This document shows, one piece after another, positions 8,500 to 18,550 of a stretch of DNA of 64,000 nucleotides (position 1 is the first letter of the stretch; the number at the start of each line of letters is the position of its first letter). The notes beneath the pieces were generated by a model. The model was not told the DNA's origin and did no database searches. It was given only the letters and a program-made list of their open reading frames with translations. Source of the DNA: Acidimicrobiia bacterium (GTDB lineage Bacteria > Actinomycetota > Acidimicrobiia > Spongiisociales > UBA5794); the NCBI GenBank assembly GCA_030065575.1, contig JASJDZ010000006.1, positions 21,722 through 85,721 on the forward strand, written 5' to 3'. A program made the translations under genes and the position numbers.

Positions 8500-9675
8500 T
8501 TACTTCCGTTCAATCGTCTGTGTCGGGTCCAGCGCATCGCGCAAACCATCACCCATGAAGTTGATGGCAAGGACCGTCGAAATGAGCGCTCCAGCGGAGA
8601 ACACCAGCTCCCACCAGAAGCCACGTACGGCGATGGCAGCTCCGGAGGAGGCCATTCCCCCCCACGTCGGAATCGGTGGCCGCACACCGAAACCGAGGAA
8701 CGACAGCGCCGCTTCGATGATGATGGCGGTGCCGACGACCAGGGTTGTCTGGACGATGATGGGGCTGATCGCGTTGGGCAGGATGTGGCGGAAGATGATC
8801 CGCCGATCGTTCGCTCCCGCCGCACGGGCGGCCTCAACAAACTCCTTCTCACGAAGGGACAGGAATTCGGCGCGCACAATCCGGGCTAGCGAGCCCCACA
8901 CGAGCACTCCAAGCAGAACCGCAATGCCCCACGCTCCCTGTTTGAGGAAGTCCGGTAAGAAGCGGAGCTCCGGGAGCACCCGGCCGACAACGATGGCAAC
9001 GGGCAGCAGCGGCAGGCCAAGCATCAGGTCGGTGAAGCGCATCAAGGACTGATCCACCACCCCCGGGTAGTAGCCCGCCAGCGAACCGACCACCGTACCC
9101 AGCAGGGCAACCAGCGACCCCACAACGATGCCGACGGCGAGGCTGGCTCGACCGCCGTGAATGACCCGGCTCAGGACATCACGTCCCAGGTCATCTGTCC
9201 CCAGAGGTAGCGATCCTCGGGGTGCGATGTTCACGAGAATCCGGCCGCTGTCGTCGGGCAGCTGATCGGCGTAGTGGTTGATATGCGGGATATCCACCAG
9301 CCCCCAGCTCGAGACCAGGAACAGCACCGAGACGAGACCAACCGCTCCCAATGCCACACCAGCTCCGCGCAGGCCGGACCTGAAGGAACGGTAGGTCAAG
9401 TAGAGGGAACCCGCAGCGATGATGAGCATGATCACTGTTGTGACAAAGCTCATGCTCACTGGCTGCCGTCCGCAGAACACATCGTTCTTCTCGCACGTGA
9501 ACAGCGGGGCCATCAGCGCCACGTAGGCGATGAACGCCATGTAGAAGAACGCGATCGTCGCCAACCGGTGTCGCCGCAACCGGGTGACGAACAGATCCCA
9601 CTGGGTGATGGGCTCTGCCGAAATGCCTTCGGCAGCGTCTAGGACGAGAGCGTCGCTCTCCGGTCGCTCAGTCAT
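8500..9675 (-). CDS. Peptide ABC transporter permease (OppC/DppC type)
   Basis: Multi-TM protein with EAA loop EFVEAARAAGANDRRIIFRHILPNA. It sits in an operon with the ATPases. Confidence 0.88.
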   Translation of the reverse strand: MTERPESDALVLDAAEGISAEPITQWDLFVTRLRRHRLATIAFFYMAFIAYVALMAPLFTCEKNDVFCGRQPVSMSFVTTVIMLIIAAGSLYLTYRSFRSGLRGAGVALGAVGLVSVLFLVSSWGLVDIPHINHYADQLPDDSGRILVNIAPRGSLPLGTDDLGRDVLSRVIHGGRASLAVGIVVGSLVALLGTVVGSLAGYYPGVVDQSLMRFTDLMLGLPLLPVAIVVGRVLPELRFLPDFLKQGAWGIAVLLGVLVWGSLARIVRAEFLSLREKEFVEAARAAGANDRRIIFRHILPNAISPIIVQTTLVVGTAIIIEAALSFLGFGVRPPIPTWGGMASSGAAIAVRGFWWELVFSAGALISTVLAINFMGDGLRDALDPTQTIERK

Positions 9676-10894
9676 ATCTCACCCTCGGATCGAGGACGCC
9701 GTACAAGATGTCGGCAATGATGTTCATCACCACCACGCCGGCGCCGATCGCCAGCACGACCGCCATAATCGTCGGATAGTCGACCGCATTGATCGCGCCG
9801 ATGTACAACCGACCTACACCCGGCCAACCGAAGATCGACTCGGTGATGATGGCTCCTCCGATCATCGTCGCAATGTCGAGGGACACCAGAGTGACGATCG
9901 GGATCATCGCATTCCGCAGCGCGTGCTTGACGATGATGTTGCGACGGGGAAGCCCTTTGGCCTTGGCGGTGCGCAGATAGTCACTGTGCATGACCTCGAG
10001 CATGGAGGCACGCTGGAAGCGGGAGTAGCCGGCCATTGAGATGGCGGCAATCGAGACCGCCGGCAGGGTCAAGTGCTGTATCACGTCGCCCAGCTGCGCC
10101 AACGAAGGTAACCCGAAGATGCCTCGCCCTAACTCTGCGTATCCAGAGCTCGTCATCCCGGCGACATAGAAGACCTTCACTCCGGTCCAGCGCTCCAGCT
10201 GGTAGGCGAGTATCAGCTGCAACAACACACCAATGATGAAGATGGGGGTCGAGAAGGTGATAAACGAAACCATCGTTCCAAGCTGATCGAAGAACGAGTA
10301 CTGGCGGATCGCCTGATAGACACCGAGCGGGATGCCAATGATCAGGGCGATGGCCAGCGCGGTCAAGCCCAGCCGGAAGGTGTTGCCGGCAGCGCCGAAT
10401 ATGTTGTCCCAAACGGCGCCGTCGCCGCGGAACGACTCGCCCCAGTTGAGGGCGAAGACGACGCGGCTCTTGATGATCCAGAACGCAATTGCGCCGACAA
10501 CCAGGATCGAGAAGGCCCGGTAGGTGCGCCACCAGTTCGCTTCGATCTTGACGAAGAACGTGGCGATGGCGTAGCCGACGGCAACGACAAATGCGGCAAT
10601 CGCGACCCAGCTGCGGACACCCAGCTTTCCGAAGTAGACGGTGAGACCTTCCTCAGCAGGTATATCTATCGGCGTTACGAAGTTCTTGAGCCAAATGAAG
10701 TACTGCTCGTACCAGGGCTTGTCCAAGCCCCACTGCTCGGTCAACTGCGCAATCACCGGCTGCATCCTCGGGTTCAGCTTCAGGCGATCCAGCGGCGTCC
10801 CTCCAGAGAACTGGATCAGCATGAACACGACGAGGCTCAATGCAAACAGCGTGACTATGCCGTAAACCAAGCGTCGGATGATGTAAGCAAACAT
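9668..10894 (-). CDS. Peptide ABC transporter permease (OppB/DppB type)
   Basis: N-terminus MFAYIIRRLVYGIVTLF is typical of OppB/DppB. EAA loop YLRTAKAKGLPRRNIIVKHALRNAMIP. It has an 8-nt overlap with the next permease gene. Confidence 0.88.
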   Translation of the reverse strand: MFAYIIRRLVYGIVTLFALSLVVFMLIQFSGGTPLDRLKLNPRMQPVIAQLTEQWGLDKPWYEQYFIWLKNFVTPIDIPAEEGLTVYFGKLGVRSWVAIAAFVVAVGYAIATFFVKIEANWWRTYRAFSILVVGAIAFWIIKSRVVFALNWGESFRGDGAVWDNIFGAAGNTFRLGLTALAIALIIGIPLGVYQAIRQYSFFDQLGTMVSFITFSTPIFIIGVLLQLILAYQLERWTGVKVFYVAGMTSSGYAELGRGIFGLPSLAQLGDVIQHLTLPAVSIAAISMAGYSRFQRASMLEVMHSDYLRTAKAKGLPRRNIIVKHALRNAMIPIVTLVSLDIATMIGGAIITESIFGWPGVGRLYIGAINAVDYPTIMAVVLAIGAGVVVMNIIADILYGVLDPRVRYD

Positions 10895-11056
10895 CCTTCT
10901 GTTGCCTCCCGCTCGGGTTCAGGGACTATACCAGCCGGGAGGTCTACATTGCGGGGACGATACCCACGCGGGGTGACTGCCGCCCCGACCTCGGACGGTC
11001 CCGATCACTCATTGCGCACCGCTGCCTCCCGGTGCGTCGACATCGGAGAAGGCGTA

Positions 11057-11096
11057 GCTCCGAAAGAAGAGGGGCCCGCATTGCGGGCCCCTCTTC
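11057..11096 (-). terminator. Intrinsic terminator/attenuator between the binding-protein gene and the permease genes
   Basis: Perfect 14-bp GC-rich stem GAAGAGGGGCCCGC-ATT-GCGGGCCCCTCTTC, followed on the minus strand by TTTCGG. It lies 41 nt after the stop of 11137..12951. Confidence 0.65.
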
Positions 11097-11136
11097 GGAC
11101 TAGTTGATCGAGTCGGACCTTAGGGGTCGACGTGAC

Positions 11137-12951
11137 CTAAAGGTCGACGCGATACCACTCTTCCAGGTTCCAGGTGTGTGAAGCCTGGGTCGGGTTGTGC
11201 TTGAAGCCACCGACCTCATCGCCCCAGACAGCTGCCGTCACAAGACGGGCATACAGCGGGAAGATCACGACCTGATCGGCCAGGATCTGCTCGCCTTCCT
11301 GCATCAGCGGGATGAGGACGTCCGGGTCGACGGAGGTGTTCAACTCGTCACGGATCTCGGCAAAGCGAGCCGTGGCGTCGTCGATGGCCACCGAATCCGG
11401 GGTGCCCCAGCGGTAGTAGTTGCCGCCGTCCGGTGGCGGTGACTCCGGATCGAACAGGTCATAGAGGCTGATGGCGCCGGAGAAGCCCGGGGAACCAACC
11501 CATGCCCATTCACCGAGGTCCCAGATACCGTTGTCAAGCGTCTCACCGAAGAACAGCTGCGAATCCTCGAGCTGGTTCTCATAGGTGACACCGACTTCCT
11601 CGAACATGTTCACGAACAGCTCAGAGAGCTTGACGCGAGCGTCATTGTTCGAAGTGGTCGAGAAGACGGTGAATAGCTCGTCAACACCAAGCTCGCCCTT
11701 GGCCAGCTCGAAGTACTCCATAGCCTTGGTCGGGTTGTAGTCGTACTGCGACCACGCACCCGTCGAGATGGTCGGGGTGACCGGCTCGAGGAAGGAGTTC
11801 AACGGCTCAACCTGGCCAGCGAGGATCTCATCAACGATGAGGTCCTTGTTGATGGTGTGAGCGACGCCCTTGCGGTAATTCAGGTTCTCGTTTGCGGAGT
11901 TCTCGTTCCGATCGAATCGCTTGGGACCGAACTGGAAGTTCAGGTGCTCCCAAACCGGACCGCTGAGAACCTCGACGATTGCACCCTCAGGCTCGAGAGC
12001 CTGCAGAGCCTCAATGGTCTCGGTTGCCGGCGGAGGCTGAATGACATCGACTTCACGGCCCCGGAAGGCGGTGATGATCGACTCGGTCTCCGGGATGAAG
12101 CGGAACACGACGCTGTCCAGGAACGGAAGCTGCTGACCGGTCTCTGCATCGACCTTCCAGTAGTTCTCGTTGCGGACTACGCGGATGAACTCACCCTTTT
12201 GCCAGGTGTCGAGGACGAACGGACCGGCCGAGGACCACATGGTCTCGTTCCAGTCAGTCGTGAAGTCGGAACCCTCAACGTCGTGCTTCGGGATGATCTG
12301 ACCAAAGATCAGCTCATACAGAGCAGTCGGCTGAGCGAGGGTGTATGAGAACGTCTTGGCGCCCACATCAGTGGAAACGATGTCCTCGTACGTGGTCTTG
12401 TCGACGGGCAGGTCCGGATCGAGGATGGTGTCCAGCGTGAACTGGAAGTCATCACCGCTGATCGGGGTGCCGTCGGACCAAATGGCCTCGTCACGGATCT
12501 GGTAGTTCACCGTCATGGTGCCGTCGTCATTGACGGTAACGCCACCATTGCCGACCGTCGGCAGCTCGGTCACGAGCTCAGGGATGAGCTCGAGCGTGAA
12601 GCCGTCGATCTCCTGAACGCCGGCCCAGTAGGACTGACCGACGATCGAGACGATGAAGTTGTCGCCACCCGGAACAAACGAGTTCAGGGTTGGGGGCTCC
12701 TGGTCGTCAGCAACGACAACCTCGCCACCGTACTGCTTGCCAACCTCGGGCTCAGTGGTGGTCGTGGTTTCTTCTACCGGTGCTTCAGTAGTAGGAGCAG
12801 CTGTTGTTGTTTCTTCTGGTGCTTCTGTGGTCGGAGCTGCCGTAGTCTCGTCGCCACCCTCGTCAGAATCGCCACATGCCGTGACAATCATTGCGAAGGC
12901 GAGGAGGACAGCCAACCACAACACCTTGCGGCTACGCCACAATCGATTCAA
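11137..12951 (-). CDS. ABC transporter substrate-binding lipoprotein, family 5 (peptide/nickel type)
   Basis: Lipoprotein signal MNRLWRSRKVLWLAVLLAFAMIVTAC. Thr/Glu/Pro-rich linker followed by a long SBP_bac_5-like body. It is the first gene of the opp-like operon. Confidence 0.88.
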   Translation of the reverse strand: MNRLWRSRKVLWLAVLLAFAMIVTACGDSDEGGDETTAAPTTEAPEETTTAAPTTEAPVEETTTTTEPEVGKQYGGEVVVADDQEPPTLNSFVPGGDNFIVSIVGQSYWAGVQEIDGFTLELIPELVTELPTVGNGGVTVNDDGTMTVNYQIRDEAIWSDGTPISGDDFQFTLDTILDPDLPVDKTTYEDIVSTDVGAKTFSYTLAQPTALYELIFGQIIPKHDVEGSDFTTDWNETMWSSAGPFVLDTWQKGEFIRVVRNENYWKVDAETGQQLPFLDSVVFRFIPETESIITAFRGREVDVIQPPPATETIEALQALEPEGAIVEVLSGPVWEHLNFQFGPKRFDRNENSANENLNYRKGVAHTINKDLIVDEILAGQVEPLNSFLEPVTPTISTGAWSQYDYNPTKAMEYFELAKGELGVDELFTVFSTTSNNDARVKLSELFVNMFEEVGVTYENQLEDSQLFFGETLDNGIWDLGEWAWVGSPGFSGAISLYDLFDPESPPPDGGNYYRWGTPDSVAIDDATARFAEIRDELNTSVDPDVLIPLMQEGEQILADQVVIFPLYARLVTAAVWGDEVGGFKHNPTQASHTWNLEEWYRVDL

Positions 12952-13000
12952 GGTGTTGCCTCCTTGGTATTCCGTGTAGGGAAACTGGTGAGATCAGCGT

Positions 13001-13228
13001 CTAGCGCCAGAGCCACGTGAGCGTGACAGTGGTTACCGCAAATACGGCAGATACAGCAACCGTGATCCGGTCGAGATTCTTCTCGACCACGTTGGACCCC
13101 GAAAAGCCTCCACTCATGCCACCGCCGAACATGTCAGACACGCCCCCGCCCCGGCCTGCATGGAGCAGGATGAGGAAAATGAGGGCAAGCGACACGAGCG
13201 CGTGAAGCGCAGCGACGACTGATGCCAA
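13001..13228 (-). CDS. secG: Preprotein translocase subunit SecG
   Basis: LALIFLILLHAGRGGGVSDMFGGG...NLDRITVAVSAVFAVTTVTL is the SecG pattern: two TM helices around a Gly-rich loop. The likely start is TTG at 13228, with AAGGGAG 5 nt upstream. The track ORF extends to 13270. Confidence 0.8.
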   Translation of the reverse strand: MASVVAALHALVSLALIFLILLHAGRGGGVSDMFGGGMSGGFSGSNVVEKNLDRITVAVSAVFAVTTVTLTWLWR

Positions 13229-13351
13229 GAGTCTCCCTTTCTCACACGGGACCCGCACACACGGGCCCATCAGCCGCGCAGTATGGAGCCTTCCCGCGAG
13301 ATAAGCAAGTCTCCTCCAGGTAGATTCTTCAAGGAGGCCCCTGGTCGCTCG

Positions 13352-14092
13352 CTAGCCGGCCTGCTTGGCCACCGCTTCAGCCGCAGCTTTGGCGGCTTCC
13401 GGGTCACCCAGATAGCGACTGCTGATGGGGGCCAGATTCTCATCCAGCTCGTACAGGAGCGGGACCCCGGTCGGGATGTTCAGCCCGGTGATGTCCTCGT
13501 CGCTTATGCCATCGAGATGCTTGACCAGGGCACGCAAGCTGTTGCCATGTGCGGCCACGATGACCTGCTTGCCTGCGCGCAGATCGGGGACGATGGCGTC
13601 ATGCCAGTACGGGAGCATGCGATCGACGACGTCGGCAAGGCACTCTGTGGCGGGGAGCAGATCGGGCGGCATCCATGAGTAGCGCGGGTCGTTGCCGGGA
13701 TGACGCTCGTCCATCGGGTCCAGTGCCGGCGGCGGAGTCGCATACGAGCGCCGCCAGACGTGCACCAGCTCTTTGCCGTGCTGTTCCGACGTTTCCTTCT
13801 TGTTCAGACCCTGCAGCGCGCCGTAGTGGCGCTCATTGAGTCGCCAGTGCTTCACCACCGGGATCCACACCTGATCCATCTCGAGCAGTGCCAAATGGAG
13901 GGTGTTGATCGCCCGCTTCAGCAGCGAGGTGTGAGCGATGTCAAAGGTGAAGCCCTCTTCCTTCAGGATGCGTCCAGCCTCCTTGGCCTCAGCAACGCCT
14001 TTGTCGGACAGAGGCACGTCTGTCCAGCCGGTGAAGACGTTTTCCAGATTCCAGGTCGACTGGCCGTGACGAAGGAGAACAAGTCTGGTCAT
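13352..14092 (-). CDS. gpmA: 2,3-bisphosphoglycerate-dependent phosphoglycerate mutase
   Basis: [26 protein letters not shown] (RHG catalytic motif) and [13 protein letters not shown] at 14092 is preceded by AGGAG. The track ORF start at 14131 is probably too long. Confidence 0.9.
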   Translation of the reverse strand: MTRLVLLRHGQSTWNLENVFTGWTDVPLSDKGVAEAKEAGRILKEEGFTFDIAHTSLLKRAINTLHLALLEMDQVWIPVVKHWRLNERHYGALQGLNKKETSEQHGKELVHVWRRSYATPPPALDPMDERHPGNDPRYSWMPPDLLPATECLADVVDRMLPYWHDAIVPDLRAGKQVIVAAHGNSLRALVKHLDGISDEDITGLNIPTGVPLLYELDENLAPISSRYLGDPEAAKAAAEAVAKQAG

Positions 14093-14135
14093 TACAACTC
14101 CTGGTGACGCTGTACAGAAAATAGCGGACAATCGC

Positions 14136-15887
14136 CTACAGATCGATTCTGCGCCAGTTCTCGATGTTCCAGGTATGGCTCGCCTGTGTCGAGTTCATCT
14201 CGTAGCCGAGCAGCTTGTCGGCCCAGACGGCTCCAACTACGGTCCGCGCCCCGATCGGGATGACCACCACATTGTCGGCGAGGATCTGCTCCGCCGCCCG
14301 GGCCAGCGTCTCCATCTGCTCGCGGTCGGCGGTGCTTCTGGCCACCTCCAGCACCTCCGAGAACTGTGACACAGCGTCGTCCTTCACAACCGAATCTGCA
14401 GTTCCCCATCTGTAGTAGTTGGCACCATCCGGCGGCGGAGCGGCCGGATCGAATAGGTCGAGTGTCGCGACCGCCCCCGAAGCGCCCGCGCTGGCGACCC
14501 ACGCCCACCAACCGACATCCCACGTCCCGTTGTCGAGGGTCTCCCCGAAGAACAGTTGCGAGTCCTCGAGTTGCAGCTCGACATCGATGCCCACAGCACC
14601 GAGAACGTCCACCAGTCGATCGGCAATCTTGGGCCGAGCATCGGCATTGCTCGTCGTTGAGAAGGTCATTACGGGCGGCTTCGCCGGGCATAGCCGGCCG
14701 GCTTGCTCACAAGCGATTGCAAGCAGGTCGCGCGCTTTCGCAAGGTCCTGGCCGTACTGCGCCCAGGGACCATCACCGATCCCCGGGTCGATGATTGAGC
14801 TTATGGGCTGCCAACCCACAAGCCGGGCGAGCTCGTCGGCACTGATGGCATAGGCAACTGCCTGCCGGAAGGCCAGGTACCGATTCAGCGACTCGGCGTT
14901 ACGGTTTGCCGGGCCGAACTGGAAGTTGAGGTGTTCCCAGACCGGCCCCGCTCTCACCTGGACTTCTGCTCCCGCCGACTCCAGCCCGCGTAGCCGAGCA
15001 ATGATCTCCGGTGCCGGCGGCGGTTGGATAACGTCCACTTCCCGCTGGGTGAAGGCGTAGACAAGGCTCTCCGTCTCCGGGATGAACCGGAAGGTAACTT
15101 CGTCCAGGTAGGGCAGCTGACCCCCATCGTCGGCACGCTTCCAGTAGTTCGCGTTGCGAACCAGACGGACGTATTCGCCGCGCTGCCACTCGGAGAAGAC
15201 AAAGGGGCCAGCCGCCGGCCACATCTCATCGTTCCAATCGGCCATGAAGTCGGTTCCCGCTACGGCGTGCCTGGGAACCACAACAGGGAACATCGTCTCG
15301 TATAGCGCCGTTGGATCAGCCAGCGTGAACTCAAAGGTCTTGTCGCCGGCCTCCATAGCTACGAAGTCGAACGGTTCAACCCATTCGAAGTCCCTCTGGT
15401 TCATTGCCTCCACCGTGAACTCGAAGTCGTACCCGGTAATCGGCTCCCCATCGCTCCACACCGCTTCGTCACGGATCTGATAGCGGACAGTCATGGTTCC
15501 GTCATCGTTGATGGTCACACCACCGTTGCCGATCGACGGCAGCTCGGTGAGCAACTCGGGTATCAGATCGAGGGTCGTGGCATCGATGTCGTAGGCCCCC
15601 GCCAGATGCGCCTGTCCGATGATTGTCGTGATGAAGTTGTCTCCGCCGGGAACGAACGGATTCAGGCTCATCGGCTCCTGGTCATCGCCGATCACCACTG
15701 AACCACCGTAGGTCGGGATAGGCACGGCTGTCGTGCTGGTTTCGCCACTCGTCGGCTCAGCCAGCGTTGTTGTCGGCGCCTCCGTCGTCGTCGGCTCTCG
15801 AGTCGTGGGGGCAGACGGCTGCGGGCTCTCGGCACATGCGACGGCACCGAGCACCACAGCAAGGACGAAGACAGCGATGCGTCGCAA
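14136..15887 (-). CDS. Second family-5 ABC substrate-binding lipoprotein, paralog of 11137..12951
   Basis: Long colinear similarity to the first SBP ([32 protein letters not shown]... versus [32 protein letters not shown]...). A TTG at 15887 gives the lipoprotein signal (M)[17 protein letters not shown]. The track ORF reaches 15974 and would overlap the upstream gene. Confidence 0.85.
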   Translation of the reverse strand: MRRIAVFVLAVVLGAVACAESPQPSAPTTREPTTTEAPTTTLAEPTSGETSTTAVPIPTYGGSVVIGDDQEPMSLNPFVPGGDNFITTIIGQAHLAGAYDIDATTLDLIPELLTELPSIGNGGVTINDDGTMTVRYQIRDEAVWSDGEPITGYDFEFTVEAMNQRDFEWVEPFDFVAMEAGDKTFEFTLADPTALYETMFPVVVPRHAVAGTDFMADWNDEMWPAAGPFVFSEWQRGEYVRLVRNANYWKRADDGGQLPYLDEVTFRFIPETESLVYAFTQREVDVIQPPPAPEIIARLRGLESAGAEVQVRAGPVWEHLNFQFGPANRNAESLNRYLAFRQAVAYAISADELARLVGWQPISSIIDPGIGDGPWAQYGQDLAKARDLLAIACEQAGRLCPAKPPVMTFSTTSNADARPKIADRLVDVLGAVGIDVELQLEDSQLFFGETLDNGTWDVGWWAWVASAGASGAVATLDLFDPAAPPPDGANYYRWGTADSVVKDDAVSQFSEVLEVARSTADREQMETLARAAEQILADNVVVIPIGARTVVGAVWADKLLGYEMNSTQASHTWNIENWRRIDL

Positions 15888-15934
15888 GGGCCTCCAATCG
15901 ACCCTTTCAGCATACCGCTGCGGGGAAGTAGGCC

Positions 15935-16309
15935 CTACGCCGCCGCTCCGATGAGAATCCGGCCCCGGTGCCACACCGGGGTCTCCATACCCGAGCTCGC
16001 TCCGGCACTTGCCGTCAGGCTTGGCCCAACCGGGCTCATCCCGAAGTGACGGGCCCCAGAGGCTTCGATTGACGAGCGCACTAGATCCAGGGCGCGTTCC
16101 TCGGCGAGCTGATGTCGTGCGGCTTCGATGGTGAAGTCGAGCGTCAGGGACGATTTCGCCCTATTGGTGACAGCTCGCACCTCTTCGATCGCCTCCGCCG
16201 CTTCCACCTTCGATCGCACTGTCTCCACATGCGAGTAGAAGTCGACGCCGTCATCCGTCCATGGAACGAGCCGGGTGAGCCGGAACTCGAACGAGATTCG
16301 ATACAACAT
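15935..16309 (-). CDS. Hypothetical small protein
   Basis: ORF with coding-like composition and no motif I recognise. ATG at 16309 lies 8 nt after GGGAGG. The track start, GTG at 16318, lies inside that SD. Confidence 0.45.
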   Translation of the reverse strand: MLYRISFEFRLTRLVPWTDDGVDFYSHVETVRSKVEAAEAIEEVRAVTNRAKSSLTLDFTIEAARHQLAEERALDLVRSSIEASGARHFGMSPVGPSLTASAGASSGMETPVWHRGRILIGAAA

Positions 16310-16561
16310 CGCCACCACCTCCCAAGTGGGAGGTCCCTGATCGCTATTCCTACTGCGCCGCCACTTGACGTGGCTGCTTCACTACTAATAGTGGTGGAAC
16401 ATCCGTTGCGCGGCAATGACCAAAGAGGCGTGCTCGAAGGGACTAGGCCGTGCCCGTAGCGGGGCTGAATCGTCTATTCGCAGAGCATGGAGTTCGATCT
16501 CTCCGCAGGAGAGACGGGATCAGAACTCCGAGCTGATGGCATCAGCCGGGGACAGACGGGC

Positions 16562-17326
16562 TTAGATGTAGTAGCGCACCAGCGAGGCCATGCTGTCCGG
16601 GTCGAGGGAGGCGCCACCAACCAGCGCCCCGTCGATATCGCGCTTGGCCATGAGGCCGGCGATGTTGCCGGGCTTGACCGATCCGCCGTAGAGCACCCGC
16701 ACGGAGTCGGCTGCCTCGCCGAACATCTCGGCGACGGTATTGCGGACAAAGGTGCACATGTCTCCGGCGTCATCTGCGCTTGCCGTCTTCCCGGTGCCGA
16801 TTGCCCAGATGGGCTCGTAGGCGATGACCAGACCAGCAACCTGCTCTGCGGTCAGACCCTGGAGACCGAGTCGGACCTGCGTGCCGACCTTCTGCTCGGT
16901 CAACCCTTGCTCGCGCTCGTCTTCCGTCTCGCCACAGCACATGATTGGGATCATGCCCTCATCCAGGATGGCCTTGACCTTCTTGTTGACCATCTCATCG
17001 GTCTCCCCGAAGATCTGACGGCGCTCCGAGTGCCCGGCGATCACATACGACACAGCGAGCTTGGACAGCATTTGCGGCGAAACCTCGCCGGTGTACGCAC
17101 CCTTCTCCTCGAAGAAACAGTGCTGAGCCCCCAGGCCGATCTCGAGGTTGTCGGACTCTATGACAACCTGGGCTGTGCGCAGCGCCGTGAGCGGCGGGCA
17201 GATGACGACATCGACGCGTTCGTAGTCGGATGGTTCGAGCCGGTAGCTGAGCTTCTGAACAAACTGGAGGGTCTCTTGATGCGTCATGTGCATCTTCCAG
17301 TTACCTGCAATGAGATCCTTACGCAT
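16562..17326 (-). CDS. tpiA: Triosephosphate isomerase
   Basis: MRKDLIAGNWKMH..., AGHSERR, AYEPIWAIGTGKTA, YGGSVKPGN. Confidence 0.95.
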   Translation of the reverse strand: MRKDLIAGNWKMHMTHQETLQFVQKLSYRLEPSDYERVDVVICPPLTALRTAQVVIESDNLEIGLGAQHCFFEEKGAYTGEVSPQMLSKLAVSYVIAGHSERRQIFGETDEMVNKKVKAILDEGMIPIMCCGETEDEREQGLTEQKVGTQVRLGLQGLTAEQVAGLVIAYEPIWAIGTGKTASADDAGDMCTFVRNTVAEMFGEAADSVRVLYGGSVKPGNIAGLMAKRDIDGALVGGASLDPDSMASLVRYYI

Positions 17327-18503
17327 CTTTCCACCTCTCCAGGGCAGCTATGCCCGGTAGTTCTTTGCCCTCGAGCAGTTCGAGGCCGGCGCCTCCCCCG
17401 CTCGAAACGTGGCTTATCTGATCCTCTCGGCCGAGCAAACGGATGGCGGCCACGCTGTCGCCGCCACCGATGACCGTGAAGCCCTCCGTGTTGGCCAGCG
17501 ACTCCGCAACGCCCGCAGTTCCGGCGCGGAAAGCCTCCCACTCGAAGACTCCCATCGGCCCGTTCCAGAAGACACTGGCGGCGTCGTCTACTGCTTCCCG
17601 GAAGGAGGCAATCGACTCGGGGCCAATGTCGAGTCCCATCACTCCCGCCGGGATGGCGGCAATCGGCGCAACGACGTGCTCGGCGTCCTCCGCGAAAGCG
17701 GCAGCAGCAACAACATCCGTGGGAAGCAGCAGCTTGTGGCCGTGCTCGCCGGTAAGCAACTCGCCCACTACCTCAACCATCGTCTCCTCAACCAGCGAGT
17801 TGCCAACTTCGTAGCCCTGAGCCTTCAGCAGCGTGAAACACATGCCGCCGCCAACAATCATCCTGTCTACCTTGGGCAGCAGATGCTCCATGACCGCCAG
17901 CTTGTCGGACACCTTGGCGCCCCCGAGAATGACCAGATACGGCCGCTCCGGATCTCCAAGGAGAGCAGACAGAGCATCCACTTCCTTGGCGAGTAGGTAG
18001 CCGGCGGCCGAGGGCAAACGTTCGGCGACGCCGACCGTGGTCGCATGGGCACGATGAGCCGTACCGAACGCATCGAGGACGAACAGATCCGCCAGACGAG
18101 CGAGGCCGTCGGCGAGATCAGGATCGTTCTTCTTCTCCCCCGCCTCAAATCGAGTGTTCTCCAGCATGGTCACAGTGTCGGCGGCGGTGGCTGCTACAGC
18201 AGCCTCAGCTTCGGGGCCCGCAACAACATCGACCTTATTGACGGCGAAGCCGCCCAGAGATGCCATCCGACGGGCGACCGGATCCATGCGGAGCCCGGCG
18301 TCGACCCCCTTGGGCCTGCCGAGGTGGCTGCACACGACAACCTTGGCACCACGAGCGAGAAGCGCCCTGATGGTGGGGAGGCTGGCGCCGATCCGGAAAT
18401 CGTCCGCTACCTCACCGTTGTCGAGCGGTACGTTCAGATCGGAACGCACCAGAACCGTATTCCCTGCAACTTCGAGCGAATCGAGCGTTGGGAGGTTATT
18501 CAT
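17319..18503 (-). CDS. pgk: Phosphoglycerate kinase
   Basis: VLVRSDLNVPL, SHLGRPKG, FWNGPMGVFE and GGGDS motifs. It has an 8-nt overlap with tpiA. Confidence 0.95.
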   Translation of the reverse strand: MNNLPTLDSLEVAGNTVLVRSDLNVPLDNGEVADDFRIGASLPTIRALLARGAKVVVCSHLGRPKGVDAGLRMDPVARRMASLGGFAVNKVDVVAGPEAEAAVAATAADTVTMLENTRFEAGEKKNDPDLADGLARLADLFVLDAFGTAHRAHATTVGVAERLPSAAGYLLAKEVDALSALLGDPERPYLVILGGAKVSDKLAVMEHLLPKVDRMIVGGGMCFTLLKAQGYEVGNSLVEETMVEVVGELLTGEHGHKLLLPTDVVAAAAFAEDAEHVVAPIAAIPAGVMGLDIGPESIASFREAVDDAASVFWNGPMGVFEWEAFRAGTAGVAESLANTEGFTVIGGGDSVAAIRLLGREDQISHVSSGGGAGLELLEGKELPGIAALERWKDA

Positions 18504-18550
18504 CTTCCCTCGTTTCGGCCGAGCCGTTTGACCAGATCGACAAGTGGATG

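Noticed and set aside
16360-16400. TTGACG ... TAATAG promoter-like pair on the plus strand, pointing into tpiA antisense
   Set aside because: The spacer is only 15 nt and there is no plus-strand gene downstream. I cannot separate this from chance in the only AT-richer patch of the spacer.
16487-17473. 328-aa plus-strand ORF. Similar long shadows occur at 8180..9052, 56584..57576, 25398..26036 and 4348..5085.
   Set aside because: All lie opposite confidently identified genes (tpiA/pgk, opp permease, ygfZ/trpE, uvrA, ferredoxin). All have shadow-frame composition.
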